A DNA stretch of 64,000 bases from Candidatus Lustribacter sp. (GTDB lineage Bacteria; Vulcanimicrobiota; Vulcanimicrobiia; Vulcanimicrobiales; Vulcanimicrobiaceae), in assembly GCA_965277805.1 (NCBI GenBank), contig OZ255842.1, positions 4,384,001 to 4,448,000 on the forward strand, read 5' to 3'. A program made the position numbers and the translations under genes. Numbering within the stretch: the stretch's first letter is position 1; each line of letters starts with the position of its first letter. The notes beneath the pieces are model-generated. The model worked only from the letters and a program-made list of their open reading frames with translations, had not been told where the DNA came from and made no database searches. Below are positions 58,542 to 64,000 of the stretch, one piece after another.

Positions 58542-59566
58542 GCGCGTTTCTTCATCATCGCGATCGCGTTGTCGTGATAGACGCCCGCGAGCTCGCGCGG
58601 GTTAAAGATGCCGCCTTCGGCGAGCATCTGTTGCGTCCACGCGGGCCCTCGAAACGGGTAGTCCGTTCCGAAGAGAATCTGCGAGGTCGGCACCATCGCC
58701 CGCAGCGCGAACATCGCGCCCTTGCTCGGCACTTGCGCGGTATCGTAGAAGCACTTCTGCGCTTCGGCTAAGAAGCCGTTGGGTACGCGCGATTTCATGC
58801 CTTCGTTACCGGTGTTGATGAAGCGCTGCACGAGGAACGGCGTCGTGCCGCCGGCGTGCGACCAGATGAGCTTGATGTTCGGATAGCGCTGCGTGCCGCC
58901 GTTGAAGATATACTCCACGATGGCGCGCGTCGTGTCGGTACCGTACTCGATCTGCGCTCCCGGCAGCCACGGCTGTACGTTGCCGCAGCACGGCGCGGTC
59001 GTCGGGTGCACGAACACGACGGCGCTGCGGCGGTTCAGCTCGGCGAAAAGCGGATCGAAGACCGCATTGCCGAGATACTTCTCGCCATAGCTCGTGAAGA
59101 GACCAACGCCGTCGGTCTTCAACGTGTCGTAGGCGTATGCGATCTCGGCGAGCGAGTCGGCAATGTTGGGCATCGGCAGCATTGCGAACATGCCGAAGCG
59201 GCCGGGATGCGCAACGCGCAGCGCAGCCATGTACTCATTGCTCGAGCGCGTGATGGTGCGGGCATTCGCCGGATCGTCAAAGCGATGACCGGGCATGCCG
59301 ACCGACGTGTAAGCGGTCGTGACGCCAGCTTGATCCATCTCCGTGAGCGCCTTCTCGACGCTCCAGCCTTTGAAGGCCCGGATCTCGTCGGGCGTGCTGT
59401 CGCCCTCGAGCCAGTGGGTCGGCGCGACGTGATGATGCACGTCGATCACGTTGCGCGCCGGTTGCGCGGCCAACGTCGCCGATAGGCCGGCTGAGGCCAG
59501 GACCGATGCGCCACCCGCCGTCGCGAACTGCGCCAGCAGACGGCGCCGCGTCAGTGTGTCGATCAC
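58538..59566 (-). CDS. Amidohydrolase_2 family protein with twin-arginine leader
   Basis: LTRRRLLAQF leader; IDVHHH, PGRFG.FA.LP, VFVHP, SHAGG..PF, FYDTA, ILFGTDYPF. Confidence 0.92.
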   Translation of the reverse strand: MIDTLTRRRLLAQFATAGGASVLASAGLSATLAAQPARNVIDVHHHVAPTHWLEGDSTPDEIRAFKGWSVEKALTEMDQAGVTTAYTSVGMPGHRFDDPANARTITRSSNEYMAALRVAHPGRFGMFAMLPMPNIADSLAEIAYAYDTLKTDGVGLFTSYGEKYLGNAVFDPLFAELNRRSAVVFVHPTTAPCCGNVQPWLPGAQIEYGTDTTRAIVEYIFNGGTQRYPNIKLIWSHAGGTTPFLVQRFINTGNEGMKSRVPNGFLAEAQKCFYDTAQVPSKGAMFALRAMVPTSQILFGTDYPFRGPAWTQQMLAEGGIFNPRELAGVYHDNAIAMMKKRA

Positions 59567-59612
59567 GTGAAGTAGATGCGTTCCGCCGGCGGGGCGACCC
59601 TTTCTGCGACGG

Positions 59613-60227
59613 TTAGGGTGCGTCGCCCTTGATCAAACGCACGTGACCATCGATGCGGTACTCTTCGCGGAAGCCGTGACGAAGATAGAATCGCAACGCC
59701 GCAGCCCGCTCTGCAAGCGCCCAAACGAAATAGGGTTGATCGAGCAACATCTCGCGCTCCATGGCCACGAGGAGCGCCGAACCGATACCGCAGCCGCGCC
59801 CATCGGCAGCGACGGCGAGGTAGCGTAGTTCGTGACCCGCACTGGGCGACGCTCGTTCCCGGCGCGACGAGCGGCGCGGAAGCCGGAGATAAGCCCCGCG
59901 ATAGGTGTCGCTCCGGCTGAGCGCGTGCAGCGCGAGCGGGATCACGTTACCGTGAATGAACGCTTGCCGGGCCCGATCGAGCTGTTCGTGCCGGCCGCCG
60001 ATTGCGAATCCGAGCACGCGACCCGTTTTTAAGTCGGCCGCGACCAGCGTAAGGCACAGCTGAGCGTGCAGCGCGATGAACTTCTGCTGCAGCTTCATCG
60101 ACATCGACGAAACAGCGTGTGCGGTGAACGCTTCGGCAAAGAGACACGCGATTGGCCGCAGATCGTTCTGCGTCGCCAACCGAAGACCAAACGGCGTCTC
60201 GGAGTCCGGTACCTCCACCTCGATCAT
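59613..60227 (-). CDS. GNAT-family N-acetyltransferase
   Basis: LRYLAVAADGRGCGIGSALL, AALRFYLRHGF; GGAGG SD. Confidence 0.85.
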   Translation of the reverse strand: MIEVEVPDSETPFGLRLATQNDLRPIACLFAEAFTAHAVSSMSMKLQQKFIALHAQLCLTLVAADLKTGRVLGFAIGGRHEQLDRARQAFIHGNVIPLALHALSRSDTYRGAYLRLPRRSSRRERASPSAGHELRYLAVAADGRGCGIGSALLVAMEREMLLDQPYFVWALAERAAALRFYLRHGFREEYRIDGHVRLIKGDAP

Positions 60228-60329
60228 GGGTCCGTCCTCCGCATCCCAGCGTTTGCTTGGAGACGATATTCCCGTCCCGGACCAGCGTAAACCGCCGGTC
60301 TGGTTACCAGCTGAGCGCGGAGCTTGACG

Positions 60330-61265
60330 CTAGCTCGGCGAGCCCTTCCAGAAGAGCGTCGATGCGACGACCGGCTTGTCGAGGAGGCCGTAACGGTAGG
60401 AGACGTCGAGGAGCGGCTGCGCGAGCGTTGGGTCGAGCGAGGTCGAGTAGAGATTACGGGCCATCGCCTTGACGCGATCGTAGGGGATTTGGGTCAGGCG
60501 GGCTTCGATCTGCGCGCTGTCGGTTTGATGCGCGTTGGCCCACCGCGCGCTCTGATAGGTCACGTCGATGAACTTGCGTGCGATCGCCGCATTTTTATCG
60601 GCCCAGTCGCCGCGCGCTACCCAGATCCCGGTGTAAAACTGATCGGCGATCGCGCCGTATGGGTAGCCCAACGTGCGAATCATACCTTTCCCTTCGCTCA
60701 GGAACGGTTCGCCGCTCAGCGCTGCGGCAACCGTTCCGCGCTGCACGGCGGCGTTTGCCGCAGGGAGCGGTATCTCGATCAACTTGACGGCGCTCGCATC
60801 GACGCCGCTTTTCCGCAGCCACTCCTGAACCGCGATGCTCGGCCCCGAGTTGAGCGACGGAACGCCGACGACTTTCCCAAGTAGATCGGCTGCACTGCGC
60901 AAAGGGCTGTCGACCGACGTGATGAGCGCGATCGTCGGCACTTTCGCTTCATAGTGCGCGCCGGCGGCGACGACGACGACATCGAGCCCGCGGTTGCGCG
61001 CGTTCGCAATCGGAACGAGGTCGCTGTTGGCAAATTCGAGCGAATTACCGATCAGCGCCGCGAGCGATGCCTGTGTGGAGAGCGACTGGATCTCCGCCTG
61101 CAGGCCGGCCTTCGCGAACATCCCCTGATCTTGCGCGTAATACGGCTCCAGGAACGGATCGATCAGAAACGCGCCGACCCGCACCGTCGGCGGGGACTGC
61201 GCGGACGCAACAGCCGGCGCGAGAAGCGATGCGGCGATCCCGCCCAAGACCGAGCGACGTCTCAT
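60330..61265 (-). CDS. SsuA/NMT1-type ABC solute-binding protein (Tat signal)
   Basis: MRRRSVL leader; YAQDQGMFAKAGL, DLLGKVVGV, GTVAAALSGEPF. Confidence 0.9.
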   Translation of the reverse strand: MRRRSVLGGIAASLLAPAVASAQSPPTVRVGAFLIDPFLEPYYAQDQGMFAKAGLQAEIQSLSTQASLAALIGNSLEFANSDLVPIANARNRGLDVVVVAAGAHYEAKVPTIALITSVDSPLRSAADLLGKVVGVPSLNSGPSIAVQEWLRKSGVDASAVKLIEIPLPAANAAVQRGTVAAALSGEPFLSEGKGMIRTLGYPYGAIADQFYTGIWVARGDWADKNAAIARKFIDVTYQSARWANAHQTDSAQIEARLTQIPYDRVKAMARNLYSTSLDPTLAQPLLDVSYRYGLLDKPVVASTLFWKGSPS

Positions 61266-61329
61266 GGCCCAGCGTTTGTGAAGCGCAATGCCGCGCCCTC
61301 GTCGAAGCCAGATCGACCGGAGGCAGCCG

Positions 61330-62616
61330 ATGCTCAACGAAGCCGACAACCAGCTCCTTACGCAGACCAGTCCCCAGACGCCGATGGGCGCGTTCGTGCG
61401 CCGCTTTTGGCTCCCGTTTCTGCTCAGCGAGGAGCTCGCCGAACCCGATGGACCGCCGGTGCGCGTGCGCTTGCTGGGCGAAGACCTCATTGCATTCCGC
61501 GCGACGGACGGCAGCGTCGGCCTCGTGGACGCGTTCTGCCCGCACCGCCGCGCGCCGATGTTCTTTGGCCGCAACGAAGAGTGCGGGCTGCGCTGCGTGT
61601 ATCACGGCTGGAAGTTCGACGTGAGCGGCGCGTGCGTCGATATGCCCTCGGAGCCGCCCGACAGCCTGTTCAAGTCGAAGGTCGGCATTACGGCGTACCC
61701 GGTCCGCGATGCGCACGCCGTGCTGTGGGCTTATCTCGGTCCGCGCGACACGGCCGGCGATTTGCCGCATCTGGTCTGGATGGACCAGCCGAACGAGTAT
61801 CGTTTCATGGGGCGCTGGCTGCAGCGGTCCAACTTCGTGCAAGCGATTGAAGGCGAACTCGACTCGTCGCACCTGAGTTCATTGCACCAGCCGCTCGTGC
61901 CCGACCCGAAGCTGCCGCCGACCGCGGGCTTCGGAAAGTACGTCCGCGAGGACACGGCGCCGACGTGGACGATTCGCGAGCGCCCGTACGGACTGAGCGC
62001 GACCGCGCGGCGCCACGCTGACGGTACGCGCGGCTACTTTCGCACGAACCAGTTCTTGCTGCCGTTCGGATCGCTCATTTCACCCGATCACGGGCGCGCG
62101 CGGATGATGCGCTTCTGGGTTCCGCGCGACGACGAGACGACGCTGGTCATCGCCGTCAACTATCACGAAGACCGTCCGGTCTCCGAAGACGAAGCCGCCG
62201 GTTATCGCGCCGGCGAGTACGGCTTCTGCGTCGTGCGTCCGGGAACGGACTGGCCCGTGCCGGGCCCCGATAACGACTACCTCATGAGCCGCGAAGTGCA
62301 GCAGACGAAGACGACGACGGGCATCCCGGGGATCCGCGTTCAGGACTTGGCGATGGTCGAGGGAATGGGCGCGCGCGTCGACCGGCGCTTCGAACACCTC
62401 GGCACGAGCGACACCGCGATCATCGCGATGCGCCGGACGTTATTGGACGGCGCGCGTGCGCTCGCGAACGGCACGCCGCCCGTTGCGGCCGCGGGCGGCG
62501 ATCTCTACCGCGTGCGTTCGTGGTCGGCCGTCATCACCGATGACGAATTCACGGAGCAGATGGACGCCCTGCAGCAGCCGGAAGCTGAAGCGCGTCGTAC
62601 AGCCGTTCCGACGTAA
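61330..62616 (+). CDS. Rieske non-heme iron oxygenase alpha subunit (phthalate 4,5-dioxygenase-like)
   Basis: GGAGG SD; CPHRRA..GRNEECGLRCVYHGW; EGELDSSHLSSLH; VQDLAMVE; EHLGTSD.AIIAMRR. Confidence 0.95.
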   Translation: MLNEADNQLLTQTSPQTPMGAFVRRFWLPFLLSEELAEPDGPPVRVRLLGEDLIAFRATDGSVGLVDAFCPHRRAPMFFGRNEECGLRCVYHGWKFDVSGACVDMPSEPPDSLFKSKVGITAYPVRDAHAVLWAYLGPRDTAGDLPHLVWMDQPNEYRFMGRWLQRSNFVQAIEGELDSSHLSSLHQPLVPDPKLPPTAGFGKYVREDTAPTWTIRERPYGLSATARRHADGTRGYFRTNQFLLPFGSLISPDHGRARMMRFWVPRDDETTLVIAVNYHEDRPVSEDEAAGYRAGEYGFCVVRPGTDWPVPGPDNDYLMSREVQQTKTTTGIPGIRVQDLAMVEGMGARVDRRFEHLGTSDTAIIAMRRTLLDGARALANGTPPVAAAGGDLYRVRSWSAVITDDEFTEQMDALQQPEAEARRTAVPT

Positions 62617-64000
62617 TTCCGAGCGCGGTGAGCCGCACGCCGCAGGCGGCTTCGATCGCGTTCGCAATTGCGGGCGCGACGCCGGCGGTGTTGAACTCGC
62701 CGGCAGCCTTGGCGCCGTACGCCCCCGGGCCGCCGGTCGGCGGCAACTGGATCACGCGGAACGGCGGCATGTCGCGCTGCGTCGGCAGCTTGTAGTCCGA
62801 CAGCGCGGCGTTCACGATGCGGCCTTCTTCGACAACGATCTCCTCGGTCAGCGCGCTGCCGAGACCCATGAGAAATCCGCCGTCGATTTGCCCGCGGTGC
62901 GCGATCGGGTTGATGATCTGCCCGACGTCGGCCACGAACACGATCTCGTTCACCTTGATCGTTCCGGTGTCGGCGTCGATCGAAACGTCGGCGCCATACA
63001 CGCCGAAATTCAGATACATATCATGACCCGGCGAATGCACTTGCGATCCTGAAGCGGTGATGGTGACCGGACCATCTTTGGTCACCGCACGAACGGCCTC
63101 GTTCCACGGGAGACGATCCACACCGGCCTCCGTGAAGAGCGCGCGTATTTTGTTCGCGGCATCGACGGCGGTGTGACTGAGGATGTTCGTGCCCTTGCTG
63201 CCGCCGATACCGGGATCGAGCGGAACGTCGCGCGTGTTACCGCGCGTCACGGTGACCTGCTCGGAATCGATACCGAGCTCGGCGGCGATGATGCGCTGGA
63301 TGACGGTGTGCTGGCCGACGCCGGGTTCCACTGCGCCGGTCTGCACGGCGAGAATGCCGTCGGGCTGCACGGTAACGAGAAAACTCGTTGCGCCGCCGGC
63401 GATGTGCCGCGCGCTCAGCGCCAGCCCCCGACCGCGGCCGGGCGGAAGCGCGTCGTACCAGTGCATCTCCTCGCGCAAGGCGGCCAGTACTTCGCGCGAA
63501 CGCGTTTCGACGGCCGGGTTCCCTTCGATGTCGGTGTCGCCGTCGGCGATCGCGTTCTTCAGCCGGAACTCGAGCGGATCGATCCGCAGTTCGTGTGCGA
63601 CGATATCGACCATCGACTCGAGCGCAAAGATGATCTGCACGTCGCCGGGTGCGCGTAAGAATGCGGCCGGTACCGTGTTGGTGTACACGGCGGCGCGCTC
63701 CATCCGCATGTTATCGAGTTTGTACGGCATTTTCGGCGGCCGTCCGGGCAGCACGCCCGGTGCCGGCTTCTGCGCGCCGTACGCGCCGCCGTCGAAGATC
63801 GTCGTGAACTCGAGCGCCTGCATGATCCCATCGTTGGTCGTTGCGATCCGGACCGTGGTCGTCGACGCGTGACGCACGTGGCTCGAGCGCACGTCTTCAA
63901 GATACGTGCGGACGTGTTTGATCGGCCGGCCCGTCGCGCGCGCGAGGAACGCCAGCGGCGGTACCTCGATCGCGAGACCTTTGGCGCCGAATTCTCCGCC
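62549..64000 (-). CDS. Xanthine dehydrogenase-family Mo-binding subunit, 5' part outside window; paralog of 12733-14949
   Basis: Frame open from window edge: GGEFGAKG..RAPGDVQIIFALES..GQIDGGF..GAYGAKAAGE. Confidence 0.92.
   Translation of the reverse strand, partial: GGEFGAKGLAIEVPPLAFLARATGRPIKHVRTYLEDVRSSHVRHASTTTVRIATTNDGIMQALEFTTIFDGGAYGAQKPAPGVLPGRPPKMPYKLDNMRMERAAVYTNTVPAAFLRAPGDVQIIFALESMVDIVAHELRIDPLEFRLKNAIADGDTDIEGNPAVETRSREVLAALREEMHWYDALPPGRGRGLALSARHIAGGATSFLVTVQPDGILAVQTGAVEPGVGQHTVIQRIIAAELGIDSEQVTVTRGNTRDVPLDPGIGGSKGTNILSHTAVDAANKIRALFTEAGVDRLPWNEAVRAVTKDGPVTITASGSQVHSPGHDMYLNFGVYGADVSIDADTGTIKVNEIVFVADVGQIINPIAHRGQIDGGFLMGLGSALTEEIVVEEGRIVNAALSDYKLPTQRDMPPFRVIQLPPTGGPGAYGAKAAGEFNTAGVAPAIANAIEAACGVRLTALGITSERLYDALQLPAAAGRPSAP

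Overview
GC-rich bacterial chromosomal window densely packed with aromatic/heteroaromatic catabolic genes. The style (expanded solute-binding-protein families, several leaderless promoters, a GAAC-N4-GTTC SOS box) suggests a soil Terrabacteria lineage such as Eremiobacterota/Vulcanimicrobiota; this is inference only. Enzymes include 3 Rieske oxygenase alpha subunits, 3 xanthine-dehydrogenase-family Mo subunits, a UbiD decarboxylase, a flavin monooxygenase, 2 VOC dioxygenase-like proteins, 2 class II aldolases, 2 PhtD-like proteins, 2 class III CoA-transferases, MaoC/thiolase/DUF35 proteins, cupins and amidohydrolases. There are 14 solute-binding proteins but no ABC permease or ATPase. Other genes: DEAD-box helicase, a solitary LexA-boxed imuB, GGDEF cyclase, ECF41 sigma with CMD partner, clpP. 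No rRNA, tRNA or CRISPR array was recognised. Main leads: (1) a CDC48/p97-type AAA+ ATPase with a natural Walker-B E->Q in D2 and a His-rich N-terminus, inside a cupin/CoA-transferase cluster, echoed by a second His-tailed AAA+ next to a homologous bicupin; (2) a duplicated W-A-C-G-C-x14-C-x-R-H-E motif, once fused to a diguanylate cyclase and once free-standing; (3) a possible histone-fold protein coupled to a TM/PepSY-like protein; (4) a lower-GC island whose three divergent promoters all carry ATAC-N7-G(T/C)AT LysR boxes. All family calls come from motif recognition by eye; no searches were run.
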